Positions 10,375 through 20,894 of a stretch of 64,000 bases of DNA are shown here, piece by piece. The stretch's first letter is position 1. Every line of letters begins with the position of its first letter. The notes beneath the pieces were generated by a model. The model was given only the letters and a program-made list of their open reading frames with translations. It was not told where the DNA came from and ran no database searches. Location of the stretch: the NCBI GenBank assembly GCA_965217865.1, contig CBDCJO010000002.1:3712001-3776000 (forward strand), read 5' to 3'. The position numbers and the translations under genes were made by a program. The DNA comes from Candidatus Latescibacterota bacterium (GTDB lineage Bacteria; Latescibacterota; UBA2968; SICM01).

Positions 10375-10515
10375 CGGAGCCTGAGTGACGGCACTATCTT
10401 CCGGTCCTTTTGATCGTGCGGGCCGAATGTCTCGACTCCGTTTGCAATTGCCTCGAGAAACTTTTCAAACGGCGGAACCAAATGCGCCTCGTCGAGCACG
10501 ACGAGCGCGTCCGGG
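10375..10515 (-). pseudogene. cas3: Type I-G (I-U) Cas3 helicase internal fragment
   Basis: DALVVLDEAHLVPPFEKFLEAI. Confidence 0.65.
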
Positions 10516-10597
10516 AGGTCAACAGTGGGACAAAAACATGGTTGACCTAAAATCGGACCCGCCAAATACAGGATAGTGGCAGACGGCTTTGTGGCAG

Positions 10598-10645
10598 GGT
10601 TGTCCACTACGTTTCGGAAAGCGGTACGAACTATTTCGATGCATG
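10598..10645 (+). repeat. 48-bp copy of the toxin gene 5' region (41728-41775, reverse), 1 mismatch
   Basis: GGTTGTCCACTACGTTTCGGAAAGCGGTACG(A/G)ACTATTTCGATGCATG. Confidence 0.9.
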
Positions 10646-10764
10646 AGTCTACTCCGAAAAGTCATTTCCGCCTAAGAATCGCGGAAATCGTCAACTTCGC
10701 CTGACGAAAAAACAACTACTTACATCGAGCGATTTGGGCGATTTTCGTGTCCATTTCCCAAGTC

Positions 10765-10876
10765 CGGGCGATACTTCAAGGTCTTGAACTGCGCCTCGGA
10801 GTAAGGGTTGTCGTTCGACACGTGCGGTCGTGAGTACGATTTGGTCAGCCCCAGATCGGCCAGCAGGAGTGCCACG
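10765..10876 (-). mobile_element. IS3-family integrase fragment (second IS3 type)
   Basis: VALLLADLGLTKSYSRPHVSNDNPYSEAQFKTLKYRP; paralogue at 55040-55235. Confidence 0.85.
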
Positions 10877-11029
10877 CCTCGGTCAGCGAGGCCTCGGAAA
10901 TCGAGCGCTTCGCTCCGTTGATCCTCCTCCCCGTCCAGCCCGGGCCTTGTAATTTCTGGAGAACTTCAGCCGCCGCCAAACGCGTATTGAACAGTGAATC
11001 GGAATAACGAAACAGAAGGAGAAACAACA

Positions 11030-11530
11030 ATGATAAGGAGAGTAATGCAGGCGCAAGTCTTGCCTGCGCATAGCATAACTATCGATGAACTCGGTGGAAT
11101 ATGTAAAACGCTTATTGAACGGTTTGGCAATGAAGAAGAAACTGAATGTGCAATAACATTGATAGCAAAAAATGGAGCGTTCGGATTCGTGAACGTGGAA
11201 GATATGATCAGAAATAAGAGCAACATAAAGTATGACATTCAGAAATATTCAGTAGAACTCGAAAGTCGTCAAAGTAAGAATGGACTACAGAAGGTTAAAA
11301 TAATTCCTGCTTTTTCAGACAATCCTCTTCAATTGAAATCAAGTATTACAGCATTCTCAGGAAATGAAGGATGGTGTGCAGACATTATAGCAACAGCATC
11401 AACTGAATTCGGTAGATATAAAGTTAAATTGAATTGGGTATATAGCCATTTTGTAGCTATTCCCGCAATATTTATTGCGGGAATTATTGCGGGTAGTTTG
11501 ACGGCAGAAAATGAAGTAGAAACATACATC
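11030..11530 (+). pseudogene. AT-rich hypothetical membrane protein, 3'-truncated
   Basis: RBS AGGAG, low GC, TM segment then abrupt switch to IS256 sequence. Confidence 0.55.
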
Positions 11531-11534
11531 ACAT

Positions 11535-11715
11535 GCACCGCCTTTGTCCATCCCTACCTGGGAGACCCTGGAAGGGTGGATTCGAGATGAGATCGAGGTT
11601 CGCATCCAGTCGATTGCCGAGGAGGAAGTGACCCAGTTCCTCGGCCGAGGGTGGTATGAGCGTAAAGGAGCCGTCGATACGCTTCCGGGTTATCGCAACG
11701 GCTATGGTAAGCCGC
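11535..11715 (+). mobile_element. IS256-family transposase N-terminal fragment
   Basis: EEEVTQFLGRGWYER..GYRNGYGKP. Confidence 0.8.
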
Positions 11716-11805
11716 CGGTAGTGGAACATGGCAATGTCGGAAGAGCCCAGGAAAGTCTTCGGGAGTGAACCGGCCCGACGGGAATGGTTCCGCCAACAGG
11801 TTGAT

Positions 11806-12395
11806 CGGTTGCGCTTGCAATCCCGGTGGGAGCGCTTCGAAACAGAGAATTTGCAGCGAGGGGAGAGGCGGCCCCAAGTGTTTGTGAACACGGCAGAAAC
11901 GACAAGACCCCGAAGGGGTTGCCCCACGGGGTCTTGCGTTAACGGACGACCGCCGAAGTTGGCGGATGGGAATATGGCTCCCCATATGATCCTCTCCCCG
12001 GAACCATTCTCTGTTCGTCAGTCATAACTTGCTGTATTGAAAGGCGCTATCGTAATTACGCCAGCACCGCAGAGGCGGAAACCATGTCAAGACGTCAAGA
12101 CCGACTCCCGTTTTTCCAGTCATATCAGTCGTTTCTTCCACATTGGGACCGAAGTTGTGGAACATGGACGCCTGGAGGGTGCGGGAATCAGTCGACTTTT
12201 TGTCACTGGCTTCAGGTCGGCGTGACGGCGAAGTCGGGGCGATTTCTGGAGTTTTTGGAGATCCTGAAAAGGCCGGGGCGAAGCTCAATGTCTCGAACCT
12301 GGCCGTCATCCAACGGGCCGCGACCGCTTCTGATCGCTTGGATCTGAAGCCTCCCTGGTTGACAGCTTCCGGCCAAACGGCTATATTACTGCATT
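11806..12395 (+). repeat. Non-coding att-like repeat, copy B
   Basis: Matches copy A including the 175-bp unit; second core deleted at ~12151; continues into sequence shared with copy C. Confidence 0.9.
12359..12387 (+). promoter_or_regulatory. Sigma70-like promoter inside the repeat
   Basis: TTGACA-17bp-TATATT; same element at 40643-40671 (minus). Confidence 0.65.
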
Positions 12396-12409
12396 CCGGG
12401 GGAGGGGGA

Positions 12410-12811
12410 GATGCGGTGCCAGGACGAGAAGCGGGATGCCGTGCCGGTCACCCGCGATGACGAACGGCCGTTGCCGGATGCACGGGGGAGCATCGCCCGG
12501 CGCACCGGTCGGTAACACGAACGCCTTCAAACACGGTCTTTTCACCGCCGCGGCGACCGCCGAGCGGCGGGAAGCGGCTGCGCTCATTCGTGGGATGAAG
12601 AGCCTTGTCGAGCAGGTCGACGGTCAAGACCGACCAGCCGTGCAGCCTGTGCGGTTCCTTTTCGCCCCTTCATACATTGGGGGGCAACTCCGGGGCCAGT
12701 TTGCCGCGGCCGGAGGAAGGCAGAGTTGCGCAAGCGTAGGGCAAATCAGCCGGACCCTGAAAGGAGTTTTTCATACCTCAAAGAATGTTGCGCCGGCGCG
12801 AAGTCGAAGCG
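12410..12811 (+). pseudogene. HGGxSTG-domain protein fragment plus downstream non-coding repeat
   Basis: CRSPAMTNGRCRMHGGASPGAP.GN.NAFKHG; 12499-12811 repeated at 51675-51989. Confidence 0.8.
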
Positions 12812-12899
12812 TGAACCACCTGTTCCCGGCGAAAGACCTGAAAGGTCGGAAGCTGCGCCAAGCCCCCCCTCGCCAAGCCACGCCGGGTGCTGGTCAACA

Positions 12900-13105
12900 G
12901 CCTCGGCGTTTTCTGGTCCGTTCCGGCAAGCGCGACGGTGATCGAATCTTTGTGTATGTCCAACGCGACAACTTTCGTAGATTTACGCATGGCCTCCTCC
13001 TTTTCGCTGGGGACAGGTCTTTGGTTGAACTCCGTTTTCCCAAAGATAACCCCCGATAACCGAGATCGGAGGGGGTCCTTCATAATACCCGTCAATACAT
13101 AAGGT
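12900..13105 (-). mobile_element. IS110-family left end plus transposase N-terminal fragment
   Basis: MRKSTKVVALDIHKDSITVALA with AGGAGG RBS. Confidence 0.75.
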
Positions 13106-15319
13106 CTAGCTTGATCGAGAGCCCGGTGCCTCCTCCGGATCTCGTCCCTCCTCGGTGCCGCCTATGATGGTGGAGGGGGGCGTCAAGGGTAGCTTGACTA
13201 CCATCTCGGTAAACTCGCCGGGTTGGGACTCGACCCGAATGGTTCCTCCGTGCTCGCGCACGATATCGTTGGAGAGCGCAAGGCCGAGCCCGGTGCCTTG
13301 GTCCGTAGGCTTGGTCGTGAAGAAGGGGTTAAAGATCTTGTCGATAACATCGGATGGAATCCCGCCTCCGTTGTCCTTGATGCGGATCTCGACCCGGTCC
13401 TCTCCACGCCGGGTGGAAAGCCACAGCGTTGGGGTGTAGACGGCGGCGTCTTTCCTTGTCTCCGTTGCGGCGCACCGTTTCTCGTTAGTCGCGTCGCAGG
13501 AGTTGCTCACCATGTTCAGAAAAACGCGGCCCAAGTCCTGCGGGATAACTTCGAGCCGACCCGCCTGCGGGTCTAGATTATGCTTCATGTCGAGTTGGAA
13601 ATTCGGATCGGCCGCCCGCACGCTGTGGTAGGCAAGCCGGGCGTGTTCGTCGAGCAAATTGTTGATGTCGGTGAGCCGCCATTCGCCCGAGCCCCGTCCC
13701 ATCATGAGCATGTCGTGAACAATCTGGTTGGCCCGTCCGCTGTGTTCACGGATGCGATCAAGGTTGTCGGTGAGGTCCTCGATGAGCTTATGAACGAGAT
13801 CGCGCTGGTCCGCACTCGCCTTCTCACCGCCTTCGCTGAGGGTCTCCCGAAGTTCTTCCAGAAGTTCCTCCGAGACCTCCGAGAAGTTTTTGACGAAGTT
13901 CAGTGGATTCTTGATCTCGTGGGCGACACCCGCGGTGAGTTCACCGAGCGCCGCCAGCTTCTCACGCATGACGATCTGATCCTGCGCCCGCCGTAAGTCG
14001 GCGAGCACGCTCTCCAGTTGCACGTTTTTCCCCCGCAATTCTTCCGCCAGTTTTTCCACTAGGTTCAGGCGCTGGACCTCCAAGGCGTGGCGGCGGAACA
14101 CCTCAAGGGCCGCGGCCATGTCCGCCACCTCGTCGCGTCCACCAATCTCGACCTTGCTCTCTAGGTCCCCTCCGGCCATTCGGCGCATCCGCTCCGACAA
14201 CAGCGCCAGACGGCGCAACAATACCCGGCCGACAAAAAGCCAAGCGATGAGCAAAGCGCCGCCGATGCTGAGCCCACTAATGGCCAGTAGGAGGGTGCGC
14301 CCTGTCAGGATGGCTTGGGTGGAAGCGCGAGTGACTTCCTCTGCGCTGGCACGGGACGCGTTCACCAGACCATCGACCTCGGCGACCAAGTCGATGGAGA
14401 TGTCGCGGTTTCGCGCGAGTAGATCACGTTGACGCCCGGCGAGTCTGAGTTCCCGGACCAGCAGATCGAAACCGCCTTGCTCTCCAGCCCCCAACTCGAA
14501 CAGCTTGGCGAAGATAGGGGAGACTTCGGCACGCAATTCTCCAAGCTTCGACAAGCTCCGCTCGATACGGCCGGCGGAGGCCTCGAAACGCTCCCGCAAC
14601 GGCTCGATCAAAGAGGCGTCTGAGAGAGTGAAAGCACTTGCCAGAAGCTGGGTTGCGATGTTGGTGTCCGTCTGTAGATCGGACAGATGGCGATAGCGGC
14701 CGATCTCATCCTCCGAGAAATGTTTCCAGCGAGGTGCCGGAGGTTCGCCAAGTTTACGGTAGCCCGTCATGGTGTAGAAGAATTGGTCATCAATGGCCGG
14801 AATGACGATATTATCCAGGCGGTCGCCCAATTCTGCAAGTTCTGTTCGCAAGGCTGCATTCCGCGCGGTCAGTTCAAAGAACTCAGACATCTCTCCCTGA
14901 ATAGCCTCAATGTTGAAAATCAGCGTGTCGGCATGGGCACGGATGCGCTTGAAACGTTCATCTCCCGGGTCTCTTCGCTCCAAGACGGCCAACTGGTCCT
15001 CAAGGGCTCTATGCACCTCGGAGATGCTGGAAGAGACCCGGAAAAAGTCCTCGGACGTTTCGGCCGTGGTCAAGCGCGGGGCGGCGGCCACTAGGATACC
15101 GCTAAACTGCGCAACTCCGAAAGCGGCCACCAACTCGGGGATACTGCCTTCATTGACACGACTCTGGATATTGCCCACGCGATCGAACGAAAACCAGCCG
15201 ACCAGACTCGCGGCCATGGTGAGGGTGACGGCTCCTCCGATGGCGAGGTAGAGTTGAATAGATATGCGGAAGCGGCTTTTCAGTAGGCTCTGGAGCAAGC
15301 GTCTCAGCTGGTCGATCAC
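13106..15319 (-). CDS. Membrane sensor histidine kinase (TorS-like periplasmic domain, HAMP, HisKA, HATPase)
   Basis: Two TM helices; GGRDEVADMAAALEVFR; LGELTAGVAHEIKNPLNF; FFTTKPTDQGTGLGL; likely GTG start overlapping the upstream TGA (ORF track extends to 15367). Confidence 0.9.
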   Translation of the reverse strand: MIDQLRRLLQSLLKSRFRISIQLYLAIGGAVTLTMAASLVGWFSFDRVGNIQSRVNEGSIPELVAAFGVAQFSGILVAAAPRLTTAETSEDFFRVSSSISEVHRALEDQLAVLERRDPGDERFKRIRAHADTLIFNIEAIQGEMSEFFELTARNAALRTELAELGDRLDNIVIPAIDDQFFYTMTGYRKLGEPPAPRWKHFSEDEIGRYRHLSDLQTDTNIATQLLASAFTLSDASLIEPLRERFEASAGRIERSLSKLGELRAEVSPIFAKLFELGAGEQGGFDLLVRELRLAGRQRDLLARNRDISIDLVAEVDGLVNASRASAEEVTRASTQAILTGRTLLLAISGLSIGGALLIAWLFVGRVLLRRLALLSERMRRMAGGDLESKVEIGGRDEVADMAAALEVFRRHALEVQRLNLVEKLAEELRGKNVQLESVLADLRRAQDQIVMREKLAALGELTAGVAHEIKNPLNFVKNFSEVSEELLEELRETLSEGGEKASADQRDLVHKLIEDLTDNLDRIREHSGRANQIVHDMLMMGRGSGEWRLTDINNLLDEHARLAYHSVRAADPNFQLDMKHNLDPQAGRLEVIPQDLGRVFLNMVSNSCDATNEKRCAATETRKDAAVYTPTLWLSTRRGEDRVEIRIKDNGGGIPSDVIDKIFNPFFTTKPTDQGTGLGLALSNDIVREHGGTIRVESQPGEFTEMVVKLPLTPPSTIIGGTEEGRDPEEAPGSRSS

Positions 15320-16500
15320 GGCTCCGTGTCCCGCAGTGAGTCGATGGGGTAATAACGGCCACCACAACCGATCATGGTTAGGAAGACGGCGTCCGAGCCC
15401 TGGTTGTCCCCTTCACCGTAACGGAGCTCGAACCCGCCGAGGTCGATGATATCGGTGCGGCGCAGACTGTCGAGAAAGCAGGTTCGATTGACCTCCCTGC
15501 CACAGTTTCTTAGGCCGGTAATGGCCAAGCGCCCGGCCAGATAGCCCTCGAAGGAGACAAAGCCGGGAACGGCATCGATCGCATAGGCCGACAGTGCGCG
15601 GCGGTAGGCGGCGGCGATGGGGAGGGAATTATCCGTTGGGAAGGGCACCACCTGAGTGACGAAGACTCCGGCGCCGTCGGGGCCGAGTTCCGTCGCCAAT
15701 GCGTTGCTGCCCACGAAGGAGATGGTCATGAAAACGGGGCTCAGACCCAGATACCGTGCCCAGACGATCAACGTTGCCAGCGGCTTGTAGGCTCCGATCA
15801 GAATCACGGCTTTGGGGGTTCCCTGGTACAGGTCGAGCAGAGCCGTCTTCACCGCCATGGTATTGCGCGGATATAATCCGATGGCCACCGGCGCCATCTT
15901 GCGCCGGTCGAGAGCGGCTCGTACTCCGCGGTAGCCGGCGCGACCGAAGGAATCGTCCTGATACAGCACGGCGATACGCTTGATGCCCAGGTCCCCCGTC
16001 AAGCGAGCGACCATTTCCTCGGTCTCCTGGTTGTAGGAGGCTCGTAGGTTGATCACGTTGCCCCACTTGTCTTCGCGCAGGAAGGCAGCGCCGGTGAACG
16101 GAGCGATGTAGGGAACATCCGCGGCCGCGGCGATGGGAATGGCGGAGCGCGCCGTCGGCGTACCGACGGCGCCGATGAGCGCGAAGACCTTGTGCTCATT
16201 AATCAGACGGAAGGTGTTGACGATGGCGGCTTCCGGTTCGTAGGCATCATCCCGAGACACGAGTTCCAACCGCCGGCCATGGACACCGCCGGCCAAGTTG
16301 CTCTCATGGAAGGCGGCCTCAATCCCGAGCCGCATGTTTCTGCCCAGTTCCCGCGCGGGACCGCTAAAGGCGGCGGACTGACCGAAGAGAATGCGCTGGT
16401 CGGAGATGCCGAGTTCCTGCGAAGGGATTGCCGTCGCTGTCGAGAGAGAAACACCCGCCAGACACAGCAGAGCCGTCGGCAGGCGGGATTTCCGCTTCAA
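15316..16500 (-). CDS. Periplasmic ligand-binding protein (LivJ-like type I fold)
   Basis: Signal peptide; GQSAAFSGPA, DDAYEP, GAVGTPT; overlaps neighbouring genes. Confidence 0.85.
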   Translation of the reverse strand: MKRKSRLPTALLCLAGVSLSTATAIPSQELGISDQRILFGQSAAFSGPARELGRNMRLGIEAAFHESNLAGGVHGRRLELVSRDDAYEPEAAIVNTFRLINEHKVFALIGAVGTPTARSAIPIAAAADVPYIAPFTGAAFLREDKWGNVINLRASYNQETEEMVARLTGDLGIKRIAVLYQDDSFGRAGYRGVRAALDRRKMAPVAIGLYPRNTMAVKTALLDLYQGTPKAVILIGAYKPLATLIVWARYLGLSPVFMTISFVGSNALATELGPDGAGVFVTQVVPFPTDNSLPIAAAYRRALSAYAIDAVPGFVSFEGYLAGRLAITGLRNCGREVNRTCFLDSLRRTDIIDLGGFELRYGEGDNQGSDAVFLTMIGCGGRYYPIDSLRDTEP

Positions 16501-16949
16501 TTATCTCTCCTCTTGACCAAGGTCAGATGGTTTCTGCTCTGCTCCCGCCGATAGTGCAACTCGTCCATCATGGTTCGCACCAGATGGAGGCCGAGACCAC
16601 CCACGGCCCGATCTTCGAGTACTGATTCCAGATCGGGCTGGGGAGCATCATTCAGCGGATCGAAGGGGCGGCCGTCGTCCGCGATCTCAATGGTGAGGAC
16701 ATCCGCTTCCGAGGTCAGCGTGATCTCGATTTCGTGGAGATTTTCGTCCTTTCCATGGTTCATGATATTGAGTCCCAACTCCTCAAGGACTAAGTTCACT
16801 CGGAAGACGAAGTCGGGAGGCCAATTCTCGGCCTCGCCGAAGTCTTCCACGGCGGCGGTGATGCTCTCCAATTCGTCGACTCTGGGTTCGACTTTCAGGG
16901 ACAGCTTCGCGCTCAATGACCCATCTCGCTGCGACAAAACGTCATGCAA
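16497..16949 (-). CDS. Anti-sigma factor Ser/Thr kinase (RsbW/SpoIIAB-like)
   Basis: LEELGLNIMNHG, DDGRPFDP, GGLGLHLV. Confidence 0.85.
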   Translation of the reverse strand: MHDVLSQRDGSLSAKLSLKVEPRVDELESITAAVEDFGEAENWPPDFVFRVNLVLEELGLNIMNHGKDENLHEIEITLTSEADVLTIEIADDGRPFDPLNDAPQPDLESVLEDRAVGGLGLHLVRTMMDELHYRREQSRNHLTLVKRRDN

Positions 16950-18082
16950 GTGATGTCGTCCGATTGCGGCATGTCACCCACGAAATTTCTCACGGCCTCG
17001 AAAACCGCTTGGTTGGCTTCCTGGGAGTCCCTGGGGAGAGCCGCCGCAAAGATCTCGCGCAGGCGCTCTGTCCCAAACTGTTCGCCGGCGCCGTCCATCG
17101 CCTCGGTTACGCCGTCCGTGTAGAAAACGACGGTGTCGCCAGGCGAGAGGACTACGGTGTTCTGCCGGTATTGAATGTCGGGCACCATGCCCAGAGCGAT
17201 TCCACCAGTCAGGGGGAGCAGAGCCGAGCTTCCGTCGGCATGGACGATGAGCGGGGAATTGTGCCCACCGTTGGCATAGGTGAGTTCCCCGTTGTCCGGA
17301 TCATACACCGCGTACAGGATGGTGACAAACATGGTGGCCTCATTGTCCTCGTGGAGCAGATTATTAACCTCGCGCAACACTTGGCCTGGATCGAGACTGC
17401 CGCGGGCCGCGCCCTTGAGCAGAGTTCGGCTGGACATCATAAAGAGAGCGGCGGGCACTCCCTTGTCCGACACGTCCGCGATGGCCAGACCTATCCGATC
17501 TTCCTCAAGATGGATGACATCGAAAAAATCGCCGCCCACGTTGCGCGCCGACTCCATGCTGGCAAACACTTGGTAGTCGAGGCTCTTGGGAAACTGGGTG
17601 GGAAGAATCGATAGCTGAATTTGGCTGGCGACGGCAAGTTCCTTCTGCAGCGCTACCAGCTTGTCGCGCGAGACGAGGGCCTCGCGCCACTCTACCAAGT
17701 GGCGTAGCGTCCGGTCAATGGTGATTTTCAGATCCTCGAAATCCAGCGGCTTGGTGACGAAGTCGAACGCTCCCCGATTCATCGCCGTGCGGATGTTTTT
17801 CATGTCGCCATACGCCGAAACGATGACGGAACGGATGTTGGGATCGACCGTGGGGATCTGCTGCAACAGCGTGAGGCCGTCCATCTGAGGCATGTTGATG
17901 TCCGAGAGCACCATGTCGATGTCCTCGTCCCGGTTCAGCCACTCAAGGGCCTCCACGCCGTTGTGGGCAAACACGAACTCATAGCGACCAGCGCGAATGG
18001 CGTGCCGCATGCGCTGCAGTATGAGCGGCTCAAGATCGGGCTCGTCGTCGACCACCAGGATCTTGTACGGCTGCTTTGTCAT
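16913..18082 (-). CDS. Response regulator-PP2C phosphatase (SpoIIE/RsbU-like)
   Basis: ILVVDDE..SDINMP receiver; VGGDFFD, IADVSDKG, YTDGVTEA, SDDIT. Confidence 0.9.
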   Translation of the reverse strand: MTKQPYKILVVDDEPDLEPLILQRMRHAIRAGRYEFVFAHNGVEALEWLNRDEDIDMVLSDINMPQMDGLTLLQQIPTVDPNIRSVIVSAYGDMKNIRTAMNRGAFDFVTKPLDFEDLKITIDRTLRHLVEWREALVSRDKLVALQKELAVASQIQLSILPTQFPKSLDYQVFASMESARNVGGDFFDVIHLEEDRIGLAIADVSDKGVPAALFMMSSRTLLKGAARGSLDPGQVLREVNNLLHEDNEATMFVTILYAVYDPDNGELTYANGGHNSPLIVHADGSSALLPLTGGIALGMVPDIQYRQNTVVLSPGDTVVFYTDGVTEAMDGAGEQFGTERLREIFAAALPRDSQEANQAVFEAVRNFVGDMPQSDDITCMTFCRSEMGH

Positions 18083-18418
18083 CCCCGTCCTTCTACGAAC
18101 CGTTTGCGTAGTCGTTCGACGGTGCTGGCATGGACGTCAAGGGCGTGCTGGATCTCTTCGTCGGTAAAGTGTTCGCCGTCCTGTCCCTGATCGGTCTTCA
18201 GAAGGGTCCGGGTGTGCCTCTGCTTCAGAGCTGCTGTTTTGCCTTTGCTGATCAGACCACGCAGATATGACCGCTCCTCAGCCGTCAGCGTCACGATGTA
18301 TCTCTTCTTCGGCACTTTGTTCTCCTTGTTCCTTTTCAGGGGAGATACGGAGAGCATACGACAAAACTGCTCAAAAATACAGACCTTTATCCCGCGTCTC
18401 TAACTTGACGGTCCACTA
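18079..18418 (-). mobile_element. IS630-family left end plus HTH fragment
   Basis: KRYIVTLTAEERSYL..TVERLRKRFVE; end TAGTGGACCGTCAAGTTAG. Confidence 0.75.
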
Positions 18419-18893
18419 TTACTTAGTGGCGAGAGTTGGCGTACGATCAATTGGACATTCATGGCAGGTTAAATTTATGCGAGTTAACAGATTTGTAATA
18501 ATGATGTCTACTTCTGCAATTAAGTACTAGACCGAGGTCGCTCCGCGACGAACCTAGGACAGGCGGTAGCCAACCCGCGAATATCAGTCGGATCAACCGT
18601 CGCTACAGTGTCCCTTCTGCTCCGGAAAAACCTGTGTAAAGATAACATCCGAAAATTTCTACCCCGGAGGGGTTGACAACGGCCAATACATATCAGTATT
18701 GTGTCCCCGGAAATTCCTTCAATAATTTCTCGGATAGCGGTCTGTGAACCCTGAACGGAGCGAAGGATCTCTATGTCCCGAACTATCAGACAGTTGGTGC
18801 GATCTTCGATCGCTGGCTCTCGATCAAAATGACAGCCACCGCTACGTTTTTGGAGACTTTCTTTTGTAAGGAACTTCCGGGACACGATACTAG

Positions 18894-20727
18894 CCCCTAT
18901 ACAAGCGTGAATTTTTCTTGGTTTTAGTAGAGAAAAGTTGAAATGCCCCAGTTTTCAGGCCTATAGTTGTAGTATGAAAGACAAAAAGAGGCCATCAAAA
19001 AGGGGCATTTCAGATGAGAGAATACAGGAAGATTCTTCGGAACAGGGAAGCACGAATTGTCCGTCGTTTGCGTCGGAAGCAGTGGTGCAGTCAGGTCAAG
19101 CCTATGATGTCTGGGGGAAACATCCACTACGAGATGAGTGGGAAGGCCGAGGCGATCACGTGTGGGGGGATCGGCGCGTTTCACCACATGGTCCGCAGGG
19201 TTGGGCTGGTGAAAGAGATTGACCGTCATCTTCATCTTTTGAAAGTGCATTTGCCCTATCACGAATCAGACCACGTTCTGAACATCGCCTACAATGCGCT
19301 GGTTGGTGGTCAACGCCTTGAAGACATTGAGCTGCGCCGGCAGGATGCCACGTTCCTGAACGCTTTGGGCGCTCAGCGTCTCCCGGATCCGACCACAGCA
19401 GGCGACTTTACACGTCGTTTCCGGCCATCGGATATCGAGACGTTGATGGATTGCATCAACCGGGTGCGCACCCGGATCTGGAAAAAGCGCGCCAGGGGCG
19501 AACTCAAAGAAGCCCTCATCGACATCGACGGCACCCTGGCCACCACTCTCGGAGAACGCAAGCAGGGCATGGCCCTGTCATACAACGGTATCTGGGGATA
19601 CCATCCTCTCGTGGTCTCTCTGGCGAACACCAGGGAGGTGTTGTTTCTTGTGAATCGACCCGGCAATGTGCCCAGCCACGACGGTGCCGTAAAGTGGATC
19701 GATCGCGCCATCGCGCTGGTCGCCCCTTTCGCCAAACGCATCTGCCTGCGCGGAGACACCGGCTTCTCACTCACCCGGCACTTCGATCGTTGGTCGGAAA
19801 AGGTCGACTTCGTCTTCGGCATGGATGCTTACAGAGGATTGGTCAAGATCGCCAAATCCCTGTCACAGAGCGATTGGGAGCCCTTTGAACGACAACCCAA
19901 ATACCAGGTCAAAACCTCCCAGAGACAGAAACGCGAGAACGTGAAAGCCCGGATCATCCGGGAGCGCGGCTTCAAAAACATCCGACTTGCCAGTGAACGT
20001 GTTGCCGGGGTTTCGTATCGTCCTGCTCGATGCAAGAAGACCTGTCGACTCGTGATCCTCGAAAAGAACCTGAGCGTCGAACGCGGCGAAAACGCCCTGT
20101 TCGATGACAAGCGCTGTTTCTTCTACATTACCACCCGAAAAGATCTTACGGCCGCGGAAATCGTGAGGCTGGCCAATCGACGGTGCGATCAGGAAAACGT
20201 GATTGAACAACTCAAGAACGGGGTCAACGCCATGCGGATGCCCGTCGACAACCTGATGAGCAACTGGGCTTACATGGTCATGACCGCCCTGGCGTGGAAC
20301 CTCAAAGCCTGGTTCGCGTTGATGATCCGAAAGCGTGAGCGTCGCGATCAACTTCTGAGAATGGAGTTTCGCGCCTTCCTCCAGAATCTGATCTGGATCC
20401 CTTGCCAGATCGTGACCCGGGGAAGACAGATCATCTATCGTGTCTTGGGCTACAACCGGTGGATGACTGACTTCTTCCCGGCCTGGAACAGAATCAGATG
20501 GCTCAAACCGGCCTGACTGCCATGTCAGCACCTGTCGTCGTAACATCACAGGGACAAGTCCGTCCACCCCGGCTAAAACACGTCCGCAAACTCAGTTAAT
20601 TAGACAATCGCATGCCGAAACAATCACAAAAACAGCCCAGACATCATCTCCACCAAGTCACAAGTCTGAAATGCTCCGAAATCTTGTATAACACACCGCT
20701 CAACAAGCCTATTCGCTTATTTTAGGA
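18894..20727 (+). mobile_element. IS1380-family element, complete, CTAG target duplication
   Basis: CTAG at 18890-18893 and 20728-20731; imperfect terminal IRs. Confidence 0.85.
19014..20516 (+). CDS. IS1380-family transposase
   Basis: YHESDHVLNIAYN, IDIDGT, GYHPL, LRGDTGF, RCDQENVIEQLK. Confidence 0.9.
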   Translation: MREYRKILRNREARIVRRLRRKQWCSQVKPMMSGGNIHYEMSGKAEAITCGGIGAFHHMVRRVGLVKEIDRHLHLLKVHLPYHESDHVLNIAYNALVGGQRLEDIELRRQDATFLNALGAQRLPDPTTAGDFTRRFRPSDIETLMDCINRVRTRIWKKRARGELKEALIDIDGTLATTLGERKQGMALSYNGIWGYHPLVVSLANTREVLFLVNRPGNVPSHDGAVKWIDRAIALVAPFAKRICLRGDTGFSLTRHFDRWSEKVDFVFGMDAYRGLVKIAKSLSQSDWEPFERQPKYQVKTSQRQKRENVKARIIRERGFKNIRLASERVAGVSYRPARCKKTCRLVILEKNLSVERGENALFDDKRCFFYITTRKDLTAAEIVRLANRRCDQENVIEQLKNGVNAMRMPVDNLMSNWAYMVMTALAWNLKAWFALMIRKRERRDQLLRMEFRAFLQNLIWIPCQIVTRGRQIIYRVLGYNRWMTDFFPAWNRIRWLKPA

Positions 20728-20894
20728 CTAGCGATGTCCCGGTTGACGCACCCGCGCCAAGCGGCCAAAATGACGCGGGCACGCAAAGCGAAACATTGCT
20801 GGAGCTTGCCAGCCCGCGTCCAGGCGCTCACAAAGCAGAGTTTCTACTCCGAAAGGCCGCTGTCATAAATCAAAGTGACCGCTCAGAATCAGCT

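Noticed and set aside
10685-10728. GAAATCGTCAACTT..TTACATCG similarity to the IS110 right end near 47585-47629
   Set aside because: Only 14+8 bp match with a dissimilar middle; may be chance.
18520-18885. 121-aa ORF next to IS1380
   Set aside because: No motif; rejoining across the IS gives no convincing gene in any frame.
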